From: Pseudomonadota bacterium
GTDB taxonomy: Bacteria > Pseudomonadota > Gammaproteobacteria > Xanthomonadales > Xanthomonadaceae
Length of the DNA: 43,112 nucleotides
Assembly: GCA_023425225.1 (NCBI GenBank)
Contig: JAFADB010000130.1
Coordinates: 1-43,112, forward strand
Direction of reading: 5' to 3'
Position 1 is the first letter of the stretch. Each line of letters opens with the position of its first letter. Positions 31,206-41,146 of this stretch are shown here, piece after piece. The notes below the pieces were generated by a model. The model saw nothing but the letters and a program-made list of their open reading frames with translations, was not told the origin of the DNA and made no database searches. The position numbers were made by a program, and so were the translations under genes.

Positions 31206-31298
31206 AATCGCCTGTTGTCCCGCGCCCTTCCGACCAGCGTCCGTACCCCGACCCGCTTGCGTGGGCGGGGATCGGCAAACCACGGGACTCCCTGACCC

Positions 31299-34200
31299 AT
31301 GCGCCGCTTCAATCTCTCCGAGTGGGCGCTGACCAACCGCGCCCTGGTGCTGTACGCGATGATCGCCATGGCCCTGATCGGCGCCTGGTCCTATCGCCAC
31401 CTCGGCCAGTCCGAGGATCCGCCGTTCACCTTCAAGGCGATGGTTGTGCGCACGCTGTGGCCGGGCGCCAGCGCCGAGGACGTCTCGCGCGAGGTCACCG
31501 AGCGCATCGAGAAGGCGCTGATGAACACCGGCCAGTACGAGTTCATCCGCTCGTACTCGCGGCCGGGCGAGTCGCAGATCATCTTCATGGCGCGCGATTC
31601 GATGCGCTCCAGGGACATTCCCGAACTCTGGTACCAGGTGCGCAAGCGCGTGGGCGACATCCGCGCCACCTTGCCGGCGGAGGTGGTGGGGCCGTTCTTC
31701 AACGACGAGTTCGGCGACACCTTCGGCAACATCTACGCGCTCACCGGCAAGGATTTCGACTACGCGGTGATGAAGGACTACGCCGACCGCATCCAGCTGG
31801 AACTGCAGCGCGTGGCCGACGTGGGCAAGGTCGAGCTGGTCGGCCTGCAGGACGAGAAGATCTGGATCGAGCTGTCCAACACCAAGCTGGCCACGCTGGG
31901 CATCCCGATGGGCGCGGTGCAGCAGGCGCTGCAGCAGCAGAACGCGGTGGTGCCGACCGGCTTCTTCGAGACCGCGGGCGAGCGCGTGCAGCTGCGGGTG
32001 AGCGGTCAGTTCGCCTCGGTCGAGGACATCCGCGCCTTCCCGGTCCGCGCCGGCGGCCGCACGCTGCGGCTGGGCGACATCGCCCAGGTGCGGCGCGGAT
32101 TCGCCGATCCGGCCTCGCCGAAGATGCGCTTCATGGGCGAGGACGCGATCGGCATCGCGGTGGCGATGAAGGACGGCGGTGACATCCTCCGGCTGGGCAG
32201 CACGCTGGACGGCGAGTTCGAGCGTCTGCAGCGGACGCTGCCGGCGGGCATGCAGCTGCGCAAGGTGTCCGACCAGCCGCATGCGGTGGAGGATTCGGTC
32301 GGCGAGTTCGTGCAGGTGCTGGCCGAGGCGGTGGTGATCGTGCTGCTGGTGAGCTTCTTCTCGCTGGGGCTGCGCACCGGGCTGGTGGTGGCGGTGTCGA
32401 TCCCGCTGGTGCTGGCGATGACCTTCGCGACGATGCACTACTTCGGCATCGGCCTGCACAAGATCTCGCTGGGCGCGCTGGTGCTGGCGCTGGGCCTGCT
32501 GGTGGACGATGCGATCATCGCGGTGGAGATGATGGCCATCAAGATGGAGCAGGGCTTCGACCGCCTGCGCGCGGCCAGCTTCGCCTGGACCTCCACCGCG
32601 TTCCCGATGCTGACCGGCACGCTGATCACCGCCGCCGGCTTCCTGCCGATCGCCACCGCCGCCTCGAGCACCGGCGAGTACACGCGCTCGCTGTTCCAGG
32701 TGGTGACCATCGCGCTGCTGGTGTCGTGGGTGGTCGCGGTGCTGTTCATCCCGTACCTGGGCGACAAGATGCTGCCCGACCTGGGCAACCCGCAGCCGCC
32801 GGCGCCGCGCAGCCTGGCCGGGCGCTGGCGCGCCTGGCGCGAGCGGCTGGCCGACCGCCACGCCGCGTTCGCGCGCTGGCTGGCGCCCCGGCCGATACAT
32901 GCGCACGACCACGATCCCTACCGGCGGCCGTTCTACCGGCGCTTCCGCGCCGTGCTGGAGGCGTGCCTGCGCCATCGCTGGTGGGTGATCGCCGCCACGG
33001 TGGCGCTGTTCGTCGGCTCGCTGGCGCTGTTCCGCTTCGTGCCGCAGCAGTTCTTCCCGGACTCGACCCGGCCCGAGCTGATCGTGGACCTGGAACTGGC
33101 CGAAGGCGCCTCGCTGCGCGCGACCGAGGCGCAGGCGCGCCGGCTGGAGCAGTTGCTGGCCGGGCGCGAGGACATCGCCAACTACGTGGCCTACGTCGGC
33201 ACCGGCTCGCCGCGCTTCTACCTGCCGCTGGACCAGCAGCTGCCGGCGGCCAACTTCTCGCAGTTCGTGGTGCTGGCGAAGGACACGCACGCCCGCGAGG
33301 CGGTGCGCGCCTGGCTGTTGCAGGACGTGGCGCGGCAGTTCCCCGACCTGCAGTTCCGCGTGACCCGGCTGGAGAACGGCCCGCCGGTCGGCTACCCGCT
33401 GCAGTTCCGCGTGTCGGGCGAACACGTCGAGCGGGTACAGGCGCTGGCGCGGCAGGTGGCCGACAAGGTGCGCGAAAACCCGCATGCCACCAACGTCAAC
33501 CTGGACTGGAGCGAGCCGAGCAAGATCGTGCGGCTGGCGATCGACCAGGACCGCGCCCGCGCGCTGGGCGTGGACAGCGCGCAGGTGGCGCAGTTCCTGT
33601 CCGCCTCGCTGAGCGGGCTGGGGGTGAGCACCTACCGCGAGGGCAACCGGCTGATCGAGATGCTGCTGCGCGGCTCGCAGGACGAGCGCGGGCAGCTGGA
33701 GCTGCTGGGCAGCCTGGCGGTCCCGGTCGGCGACGGCACCAGCGTGCCGCTGTCGCAGGTGGCCACGCTGGAGCCGGCCTTCGAGGACGGCATCATCTGG
33801 CATCGCGACCGCCTGCCCACGGTGACCGTGCGCGCCGACATCGTCGACGGCATGCTGGCGCCAGCGGTGACCGCGCAGATCCTGCCGACGCTTGGGCAGA
33901 TCCGCCAGCAGCTGCCGGCCGGCTACCGGCTCGAGGTCGGCGGCACGGTGGAGGATTCGGCGCGCGGGCAGAACGCGATCAACGCCGGCATGCCGCTGTT
34001 CCTGCTGGTGGTGGTGACGCTGCTGATGCTGCAGCTGCGCAGCTTCTCGCGCACCGCGATGGTGCTGGTGACCGCGCCGCTGGGCATCATCGGTGCGGTG
34101 CTGTTCCTGCTGCTGTTCCAGAAGCCGTTCGGCTTCGTGGCCATGCTCGGCACCATCGCCCTGGCCGGCATGATCATGCGCAACTCGGTGATCCTGGTCG

Positions 34201-34463
34201 ACCAGATCCAGCAGGACATCGACGCCGGCCACGACCGCTGGCATGCGGTGCTCGATGCCACCGTGCGCCGCTTCCGCCCGATCGTGCTGACCGCACTGGC
34301 GGCGGTGCTGGCGATGATCCCGCTCTCGCGCAGCGCGTTCTACGGCTCGATGGCGGTGGCCATCATGGGCGGCCTGGTGATCGGCACGGTGCTGACGCTG
34401 CTGTTCCTGCCGGTGCTGTACGCCACCTGGTTCCGCGTCCGCCCCAGCGAGGCGGCCGGCTGA
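31299..34463 (+). CDS. smeP: RND efflux transporter permease (MexK/TriC-like subfamily)
   Basis: FNLSEWAL, LGQSEDPPF, FNDEFGD, LLVDDAIIAVE (proton-relay DD), MRNSVILVD, RRFRPIVLT; 1054 aa; symbol from synteny. Confidence 0.92.
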   Translation: MRRFNLSEWALTNRALVLYAMIAMALIGAWSYRHLGQSEDPPFTFKAMVVRTLWPGASAEDVSREVTERIEKALMNTGQYEFIRSYSRPGESQIIFMARDSMRSRDIPELWYQVRKRVGDIRATLPAEVVGPFFNDEFGDTFGNIYALTGKDFDYAVMKDYADRIQLELQRVADVGKVELVGLQDEKIWIELSNTKLATLGIPMGAVQQALQQQNAVVPTGFFETAGERVQLRVSGQFASVEDIRAFPVRAGGRTLRLGDIAQVRRGFADPASPKMRFMGEDAIGIAVAMKDGGDILRLGSTLDGEFERLQRTLPAGMQLRKVSDQPHAVEDSVGEFVQVLAEAVVIVLLVSFFSLGLRTGLVVAVSIPLVLAMTFATMHYFGIGLHKISLGALVLALGLLVDDAIIAVEMMAIKMEQGFDRLRAASFAWTSTAFPMLTGTLITAAGFLPIATAASSTGEYTRSLFQVVTIALLVSWVVAVLFIPYLGDKMLPDLGNPQPPAPRSLAGRWRAWRERLADRHAAFARWLAPRPIHAHDHDPYRRPFYRRFRAVLEACLRHRWWVIAATVALFVGSLALFRFVPQQFFPDSTRPELIVDLELAEGASLRATEAQARRLEQLLAGREDIANYVAYVGTGSPRFYLPLDQQLPAANFSQFVVLAKDTHAREAVRAWLLQDVARQFPDLQFRVTRLENGPPVGYPLQFRVSGEHVERVQALARQVADKVRENPHATNVNLDWSEPSKIVRLAIDQDRARALGVDSAQVAQFLSASLSGLGVSTYREGNRLIEMLLRGSQDERGQLELLGSLAVPVGDGTSVPLSQVATLEPAFEDGIIWHRDRLPTVTVRADIVDGMLAPAVTAQILPTLGQIRQQLPAGYRLEVGGTVEDSARGQNAINAGMPLFLLVVVTLLMLQLRSFSRTAMVLVTAPLGIIGAVLFLLLFQKPFGFVAMLGTIALAGMIMRNSVILVDQIQQDIDAGHDRWHAVLDATVRRFRPIVLTALAAVLAMIPLSRSAFYGSMAVAIMGGLVIGTVLTLLFLPVLYATWFRVRPSEAAG

Positions 34464-34572
34464 GCCGGAAAACCGGCCGCCGGGCGGGGAACGCGACCGC
34501 CGCCTTGCAGAGGATGCTAGGCTGGCAGCCAAGCCGGCTGGTCAAGGACGGGCGGCGGAACGCGTCGGACAG

Positions 34573-37500
34573 ATGTACAGGGGCATTTTGGACCGTGATC
34601 GCATCATTTCCCCGCGGGTTGCCGGCATCGGGCAATCCGCGGCGGTAAGGCGGCGCTGGGTGGCCGCCGTGCTCGCGTGCGTGATGCACGCGCTGGTGGC
34701 CTGTGTCCCGGCGTTGGCGCTGGCGGCATCTCAGGCGCCGCCGCCGACGTACACGGTGGCCTCCTGGACCATGGACGACGGCTTGCCGCACAACCTGATC
34801 CACGCGGTCGCGCAGGGCGCCGACGGCCAGCTCTGGGTGGGCACCTGGGAAGGCGTGGCCCGCTTCGACGGGCGCGATTTCACCGTGTTCGACCGCCAGA
34901 ACACCCCGGGCGCGGAGCTGTCGGGGGTGTTCGCGATCGCCCGCGACCACGAGGGCGGCATGCTCTTCGGTACCGCCGCCGACGGCGTGTTCCGCCATCA
35001 CCAGGGACAGTGGCGACATCTGGGCGATGCGGCTGCCCAGCGCCTGCAGGTCAGCGCGCTGCTGGCCGATCGCGATGGCTCGGTATGGGTGGGTACCCGC
35101 GATGCGCTCTATCGCATCGCTCCCGATGGCCACCTGTCCGCCGCGGGTCGCGACGCCGGCCTGCCCGCCGCCGCCGTCACGGCGCTGTTGCCGGCTCCGC
35201 AAGGGGGCGTGCTGGTGGGCACCGGCCGCGGTCTGTACCGGTTGTCCGGGCAGGGGGCGGCCGAACCCTGGGGCCGGGACCACGGCATGGGCGAGGCCAT
35301 GGTGAGGCAGCTGGCGCAGGACCGCGATGGCGGGCTGCTGGTGGCCGGCGACGATGGCGTCTGGCACCGCCATGCCGATGGCCGCATGGAGCACCTGCAC
35401 CCCGGCGAGCGGGTGATCTCGGTGCTGCAGGACCGGCACGGCCAGCTGTGGATGGCGCTGATGTCCGGCCGCCTGCTGCGCCAGCTGGGCAACGGCAACA
35501 GCCAGACGATCGCGGTCGAGGGGGTGGTCAGCCCGGCGCTGCTCGAGGATGCGGAAGGGTTGCTGTGGGTGGGCAGCAGCCACGGCCTGTCGCGGGTGGC
35601 CGAGGGCGCCGCCCACGGCATCACCACCGCCGACGGCCTGCGTTCGGACTACACGCGCGCGGTGCTGGAGACCGGCGACGGCTCGATCTGGATCGGCCAT
35701 GCCGCCGGCCTGGACCGCATGCGCGACTACCGGTTGGAGCCGGTGCCGTTGACCGCGGGCGCGGATCCATCGGTGCTGGCGCTGGCACTGGCCAGCGACG
35801 GCGGCGTTTGGGTCGGCACCTACGACCAGGGCGTAATGCGGCTGGATGCCGGCGGCAAGGTGCTGCAGCGCATCGGCAGTGGCCAGGAGCTGCCGTCGTC
35901 GTTCGTGCGTGCGCTGCTGCAGGATCCCGACGGCGGCGTGTGGATCGGCACCACTGCCGGGCTGGTGCATTACCGCGACGGCCGGATCCGGCGCCCGGCG
36001 CTGGACGACGAGGGCGTGGCCGGCGGCTCGATCCAGGTGCTGTACCGCGATGGACAGCAGACGCTGTGGATCGGCAGCGATCGCGGCATGGCGGCGATCC
36101 GTGCCGATGGCCGCACCCAGCAGTGGAAGGGTGGCGAGAATTTCCCGGCGCAGAATGCCTTCGATTTCCTGCGCGATGCCGACGGTGGCCTGTGGGTGGC
36201 CAGCGACCGCGGCCTGCTGCGCCTGCGCCGCGGCCGTTTCACCGTGTACGACCATCGCGTCGGGCTGCCGCGCGACAAGCTGTTCCGCATCATCGACGAC
36301 GGCCACGGTTACTTCTGGCTCTCCAGCAATCGCGGCGTGTTCCGCGTGGCGCGCCGGGACTTCGACGAGATCGACGAGAGCCGCCGCCTGCACCTGGCGG
36401 TGGAGGTGGTGGACCGCAGCGACGGCATGCCGGGCAACCAGGGCAACGGCGGCAGCGCGCCGGCCGGCTGGATGACGCGCAGCGGAACGCTGCTGTTTCC
36501 CACCTCCGCCGGCCTGGGGATGATACGTCCCGCCCAGGTGGGAACGCGGCAGCCGCGGCCGGTGCCGGTCGTGTTCGACCGGGTCATGGCCGACGGACTG
36601 GTGCAGCCGGCCGGCGGGCACTATCGCCTGGCGGCGGGGACCCAGCGGCTGGCCATCACCTATGCCGGGCTCAACTTCCAGGCGCCCGACAAGGTGCGCT
36701 ACCGCTACCGCATGCTCGGCTTCGATCCGGACTGGGTGGATGCGGGTGACGGCGCGCAGGCGGTCTATACCAACCTGCGCCCCGGTGACTACCGCTTCGA
36801 GGTACAGGCCACGACGCTGCCGGTGGACTGGAACCGGAGCCAGGCCGTCGGCACGTCCGCGCTGACGCTGCAGCTGGTGCCGCCGTGGTGGCGGCACCCG
36901 GCCGTGCCGGCGATCCTGCTGTTGCTGGTGGTCGGCACGCTGCTGGCGCTGTATGGCTGGCGCATCGCCAGTTTCCGCCGGCGGCAGCGGCACATGGCCG
37001 CCGTCATCGCCGCGCGCACGCGCGAGCTCAGCGACAAGAACGTGGCCCTGCTGGCCGCCGACCGCGAACGCGAGGAGCTGGTGCGCCGCCTCGAGTACCA
37101 GGCCAGCCACGACGTGCTGACCGGGCTGCCCAACCGGCGCGAGGCCGAGCACTACCTGCGCCGGGCGGTGGCGAAGGCACTGCAGGCGGGCACGCCGCTG
37201 GTGGTGGCGCTGCTGGACATCGACCATTTCAAGCGGATCAACGACGGCCACGGCCACGAGGTGGGCGACGAGGTGCTGCGCCGCGTCGGCGACGTGCTGG
37301 CCGGTGCCGGGCTGGAGGGCGTATTCGCCGCCCGCCACGGTGGCGAGGAATTCCTGCTGGTGATGCCCGGCCTGGACCTGCGGCAGGCCGAATCGGCCTT
37401 GCAGGCCCTGCTGGCCGACCTGCGCGCGATCCGGGTACCGGTCGGCGCGGACACGGTGTCCTGCACCGCCAGCATCGGCGTGGTGGTGTTGACGCCGAAC

Positions 37501-37590
37501 CGCGCCAGCGCGCGCGAGCTGCTGATCGAGGCCGACCGGCAGCTGTACACGGCCAAGCGCGGCGGCCGCGACCGGCTGTCGATCGCCTAG
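34573..37590 (+). CDS. Membrane diguanylate cyclase with periplasmic beta-propeller repeats and a Y_Y_Y domain (start uncertain; alternative ATG at 34684)
   Basis: Repeated D.DG.LW.GT..G blades, DGLP motifs, YRYRMLGFD..W / YTNLRPGDYRFEV, a TM segment, DVLTGLPNRR, DIDHFKRIND, GGEEF, AKRGGRD. Confidence 0.92.
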   Translation: MYRGILDRDRIISPRVAGIGQSAAVRRRWVAAVLACVMHALVACVPALALAASQAPPPTYTVASWTMDDGLPHNLIHAVAQGADGQLWVGTWEGVARFDGRDFTVFDRQNTPGAELSGVFAIARDHEGGMLFGTAADGVFRHHQGQWRHLGDAAAQRLQVSALLADRDGSVWVGTRDALYRIAPDGHLSAAGRDAGLPAAAVTALLPAPQGGVLVGTGRGLYRLSGQGAAEPWGRDHGMGEAMVRQLAQDRDGGLLVAGDDGVWHRHADGRMEHLHPGERVISVLQDRHGQLWMALMSGRLLRQLGNGNSQTIAVEGVVSPALLEDAEGLLWVGSSHGLSRVAEGAAHGITTADGLRSDYTRAVLETGDGSIWIGHAAGLDRMRDYRLEPVPLTAGADPSVLALALASDGGVWVGTYDQGVMRLDAGGKVLQRIGSGQELPSSFVRALLQDPDGGVWIGTTAGLVHYRDGRIRRPALDDEGVAGGSIQVLYRDGQQTLWIGSDRGMAAIRADGRTQQWKGGENFPAQNAFDFLRDADGGLWVASDRGLLRLRRGRFTVYDHRVGLPRDKLFRIIDDGHGYFWLSSNRGVFRVARRDFDEIDESRRLHLAVEVVDRSDGMPGNQGNGGSAPAGWMTRSGTLLFPTSAGLGMIRPAQVGTRQPRPVPVVFDRVMADGLVQPAGGHYRLAAGTQRLAITYAGLNFQAPDKVRYRYRMLGFDPDWVDAGDGAQAVYTNLRPGDYRFEVQATTLPVDWNRSQAVGTSALTLQLVPPWWRHPAVPAILLLLVVGTLLALYGWRIASFRRRQRHMAAVIAARTRELSDKNVALLAADREREELVRRLEYQASHDVLTGLPNRREAEHYLRRAVAKALQAGTPLVVALLDIDHFKRINDGHGHEVGDEVLRRVGDVLAGAGLEGVFAARHGGEEFLLVMPGLDLRQAESALQALLADLRAIRVPVGADTVSCTASIGVVVLTPNRASARELLIEADRQLYTAKRGGRDRLSIA

Positions 37591-37616
37591 GCCTTTCCTG
37601 CGGATGTTTACCGTGC

Positions 37617-37703
37617 CGTCGTCCCCGCGCAGGCGGGGACCCGGCGACTTTCCCGGCCCGATCGCGGTCAAGTCACCGGGCTCCCGCCTGCGCGGGAGCG
37701 GCG
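37617..37703. repeat. Inverted pair of CGTC-type REP-like palindromes between convergent genes
   Basis: 37617-37650 cgtcgtccccgcgcaggcggggacccggcgactt; reverse complement of 37670-37703 is cgccgctcccgcgcaggcgggagcccggtgactt. Confidence 0.8.
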
Positions 37704-37783
37704 ACGTGGAGGCCGATCCGCAGATGCTTGACCCGAAGGCGCTCCAGTCCGGCGACCGCGGGTAGTTGCCGCGATCGTATGCG

Positions 37784-38908
37784 CTACTGGCGCAGCGCCT
37801 CGGCGTGGCAGTGCGCCTGGATCTGCTCGCTGACCGCGCGTGCGGCGGCATTGGTCGAGATCGCCTGGCCGGGACTGGCCAGGTCGGCGGTGAAGGCGCG
37901 GGCATCCAGCGCGGCATCGACTGCGCGTTCGATGCAGGCGGCCTCGTCCTCCAGCCCCAGCGAATGGCGCAGCAGCAGCGCGGTGCTGAGGATGGTGGCG
38001 TAGGGGTTGGCGATGCCCTGGCCGGCGATGTCCGGGGCCGAACCGTGGATCGGCTCGTACAGGCCGATCCGGTGGCCCGGCTGCGCCGATCCGCCGGGTC
38101 CGCCACGGTCCTCGCCCAGCGAGGCCGACGGCAGCAGGCCGAGCGAGCCGGCCAGCATCGAGGCCTCGTCGGTGAGGATGTCGCCGAACATGTTCTCGGT
38201 GACGATGACGTCGTACTCGCGCGGCCGCGACAGCAGGTGCATGGCCATCGAATCGACCAGCTGGTGCTCCAGCGCCACCTCGGGGAACTCGTCGCGGCCG
38301 ATGCGGGTGGCGACGTCGCGCCACAGCCGCGAGGTTTCCAGCACGTTGGCCTTGTCCACCGAGGTGACGTGGCCGCGCCGGCCCTGGGCCAGCCGGAACG
38401 CTGCGCGGACCACGCGCTCGATCTCGGCCACGCTGTAGCGGCACAGGTCGCTGGCATCGTGGTCGCTGCGGGTCTTGTCGCCGAAGTAGATGCCGCCGGT
38501 GAGTTCGCGCACCACCACGATGTCCACCCCGGCCAGCAGGTGCGGCTTGATCGGCGAGGCGTCCAGCGCCGCCTTGTGCGGGCGCACCGGGCGCAGGTTG
38601 GCGAACAGCCCCAGCGCCCGGCGGATGGCGAGCAGGCCCTGCTCGGGGCGCACCCTGGCGTTGGGGTCGGACCATTTCGGTCCGCCCACCGCGCCCAGCA
38701 GCACCGCATCGGCGCGGCGGCAGGCCTCGAGCGTGGCCGCCGGCAGCGGCTCGCCGTGGCGGTCGATGGCGATGCCGCCGATGTCGTGTTCGTGGAAGGC
38801 GAAGTCGTGGCCGAAGCGGCGGGCGATGGTGCGCAGGACCGAGACGGCGGCGGTGGTCACTTCCGGACCGATGCCGTCGCCGGGCAGGACGACGATGTCA
38901 GCGTGCAT
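37784..38908 (-). CDS. leuB: 3-isopropylmalate dehydrogenase
   Basis: [56 protein letters not shown]. Confidence 0.97.
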   Translation of the reverse strand: MHADIVVLPGDGIGPEVTTAAVSVLRTIARRFGHDFAFHEHDIGGIAIDRHGEPLPAATLEACRRADAVLLGAVGGPKWSDPNARVRPEQGLLAIRRALGLFANLRPVRPHKAALDASPIKPHLLAGVDIVVVRELTGGIYFGDKTRSDHDASDLCRYSVAEIERVVRAAFRLAQGRRGHVTSVDKANVLETSRLWRDVATRIGRDEFPEVALEHQLVDSMAMHLLSRPREYDVIVTENMFGDILTDEASMLAGSLGLLPSASLGEDRGGPGGSAQPGHRIGLYEPIHGSAPDIAGQGIANPYATILSTALLLRHSLGLEDEAACIERAVDAALDARAFTADLASPGQAISTNAAARAVSEQIQAHCHAEALRQ

Positions 38909-39476
38909 GAGTGTTCTCGTAGCGTTCGATGTCGGGGTGGCGGGCCAGCAGGTAGCCCATCTCGTCCACGCCCTGCAGCAGGCAGGTCTGGGCGAAGGCG
39001 TCCAGCGGGAAGGCGTACACGCGGCCGTCGGGCGTGCGCAGCTCGCGCGCGGCCACGTCGATGGCCAGCTCGTCGTCCGGGCGCTGCATCAGCGCCTGCA
39101 CCTCGTCCTCGGCCAGCACGATCGGCAGCAGCCCGTTCTTCAGCGCGTTGTTGCGGAAGATGTCGGCGATCTGGCTGGACACCACCGCGCGCAGGCCCAG
39201 GTCGGTCAGCGCCCACGGCGCATGTTCGCGCGAGGAGCCGCAGCCGAAGTTGCGCCCGGCCAGCAGGATCGAGCGCCCGGCGTTGTGCGGCTGGTTGAAG
39301 GCGAAGTCCGGGTTGGGTGCGCCGTCGGCCAGCCAGCGCCAGTCGTTGAAGGCGTTGCGGCCCAGGCCCTTGCGCTCGGTGGTGGACAGGAAGCGCGCCG
39401 GGATGATCTGGTCGGTGTCGATGTTGGTCTGCCGCAGCACCACGCTGCGCGAGACCAGGGTGCTGAAGCCGGTCAT
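38898..39476 (-). CDS. leuD: 3-isopropylmalate dehydratase small subunit
   Basis: [43 protein letters not shown]. Confidence 0.97.
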   Translation of the reverse strand: MTGFSTLVSRSVVLRQTNIDTDQIIPARFLSTTERKGLGRNAFNDWRWLADGAPNPDFAFNQPHNAGRSILLAGRNFGCGSSREHAPWALTDLGLRAVVSSQIADIFRNNALKNGLLPIVLAEDEVQALMQRPDDELAIDVAARELRTPDGRVYAFPLDAFAQTCLLQGVDEMGYLLARHPDIERYENTHAR

Positions 39477-39643
39477 CGGGCGGTCTCCTGCGGGGTCGTG
39501 GGATGGGTGTCGGCGGCCGGTGCGGCCGGTGCCGCCGGGGCATGCTGCGGCTGGTCCTGGCGCCGGCGGCTGAGCGCGCCGGCGACGCTGGCGTTGAAGG
39601 CGATCGCGGCGCCGCTGGCGGTGGGGGCGGTGTCGGTCGGCAT
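39473..39643 (-). CDS. 56-aa low-complexity ORF coupled to both leuC and leuD (possibly a gene remnant)
   Basis: TGATG overlap with the leuC stop, ATGA overlap with the leuD start, and GGAGG upstream at the end of leuC. Confidence 0.5.
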   Translation of the reverse strand: MPTDTAPTASGAAIAFNASVAGALSRRRQDQPQHAPAAPAAPAADTHPTTPQETAR

Positions 39644-41079
39644 CAGGCCACCTCCGGCACCGGCGCGGCGGCCGCGCCGAACAGCTCGCGCGGGTCGGCG
39701 ACCTTGCCTTTCACCGCGGCCCAGGCGGCGGTGGTCGGCGAGGCCAGCAGGGTGCGCGAGCCGGGGCCCTGGCGGCCCTCGAAGTTGCGGTTGCTGGTGC
39801 TGACCGCCAGTTGCCCGGGCGCGACCAGGTCGCCGTTCATGGCGATGCACATCGAGCAGCCCGGCTCGCGCCACTCGGCGCCGGCCGCGCGCACGATGGC
39901 GTCGATACCCTCGGCCTCGGCGGCGCGCTTGACGATCTCCGAGCCGGGCACCACCAGCATGCGCACGTGGTCGGCGACGCGACGCCCGCGCAGCACCTGC
40001 GCCACCTCGCGCATGTCGCGCAGGCGGCCGTTGGTGCACGAGCCGACGAACACCACGTCCACCGGGGTGCCTTCCAGCGCATGGCCGGGTTCGAAGCGCA
40101 TGTAGTCCAGTCCCTTGCGCGCGGCGGCGTCGGCGGCGGCCGGGATCGGCGCGTCCACCGCGATCGCGGTGCCCGGGTGCGTGCCCCAGGTCAGGGTCGG
40201 GCGGATGTCGGCCGCGTCGATGCGGACCTCGACGTCGAAGCGCGCGCCGGCGTCGCTGCGCAGTGTCTTCCAGTACGCCACCGCCTGCTCGAAGTCGGCG
40301 CCCTTGGGCCCGCGCGGAGTGCGCGCGACCCAGTCGAAGGTGACCTGGTCCGGCGCCACCATGCCGGCGCGGGCACCGGCCTCGATCGACATGTTGCACA
40401 GGGTCATGCGCTGCTCCATGTCCATCGCCTCGATCGCGGAGCCGCGGAACTCGATGACGTGGCCGGTGCCGCCGTTGACGCCGATGGTGCCGATCACGTG
40501 CAGCACCACGTCCTTGGCGCCCACGCCGGGGGCCAGCGCGCCGTCGATGGTGATCGCCATGGTCCTGGCCTTGCGCTGCAGCAGGCACTGGGTGGCCAGC
40601 ACGTGGCCGACCTCGCTGGTGCCGATGCCGAAGGCCAGCGCGCCGAACGCGCCGTGGGTTGAGGTGTGGCTGTCGCCGCAGACGATGGTCATGCCCGGCT
40701 GGGTGTAGCCCTGCTCGGGTGCGATCACGTGGACGATGCCGCGGTCGGGCGAGCCCATGTCGAACAGCTCGATGCCGTACTCGGCGCAATTGCGCTGCAG
40801 CGTATCGACCTGGTTCTCCGAGGCCTGGGTGTAGTAGGGCAGCCTGCCGTCCGGCCCGGCCGGCAGGGTCGGGGTGGAGTGGTCCATGGTGCCCTTGGTG
40901 CGGTCCGGCCGGCGTGGCGCCAGACCGCGTGCGCGCAGCTCGGTGAACGCCTGCGGCGAGGTCACCTCGTGGATCAGGTGCAGGTCGATGTACAGCACCG
41001 CCGGGGCGGTGTCGCTCTCGGGGACGACGACGTGGGCATCCCACAGTTTGTCGTACAGGGTGCGGGGAGCTGGGTTCAT
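39643..41079 (-). CDS. leuC: 3-isopropylmalate dehydratase large subunit
   Basis: [50 protein letters not shown]. Confidence 0.97.
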   Translation of the reverse strand: MNPAPRTLYDKLWDAHVVVPESDTAPAVLYIDLHLIHEVTSPQAFTELRARGLAPRRPDRTKGTMDHSTPTLPAGPDGRLPYYTQASENQVDTLQRNCAEYGIELFDMGSPDRGIVHVIAPEQGYTQPGMTIVCGDSHTSTHGAFGALAFGIGTSEVGHVLATQCLLQRKARTMAITIDGALAPGVGAKDVVLHVIGTIGVNGGTGHVIEFRGSAIEAMDMEQRMTLCNMSIEAGARAGMVAPDQVTFDWVARTPRGPKGADFEQAVAYWKTLRSDAGARFDVEVRIDAADIRPTLTWGTHPGTAIAVDAPIPAAADAAARKGLDYMRFEPGHALEGTPVDVVFVGSCTNGRLRDMREVAQVLRGRRVADHVRMLVVPGSEIVKRAAEAEGIDAIVRAAGAEWREPGCSMCIAMNGDLVAPGQLAVSTSNRNFEGRQGPGSRTLLASPTTAAWAAVKGKVADPRELFGAAAAPVPEVA

Positions 41080-41146
41080 TGCGGATACCTTGCTTGATGC
41101 GCATGCCCGCCGCCGGGGCGGGCACGGTGGAGCGGGAAGAGGGGAC

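Noticed and set aside
31017..31369. Short ORFs in the MFP-RND spacer
   Set aside because: They are translations of the palindromic repeat, with atypical codon use.
38065..38115. Short Gly/Pro-rich insertion in LeuB ([13 protein letters not shown])
   Set aside because: It lies in a length-variable loop before [10 protein letters not shown], keeps the frame and shows no intein features.
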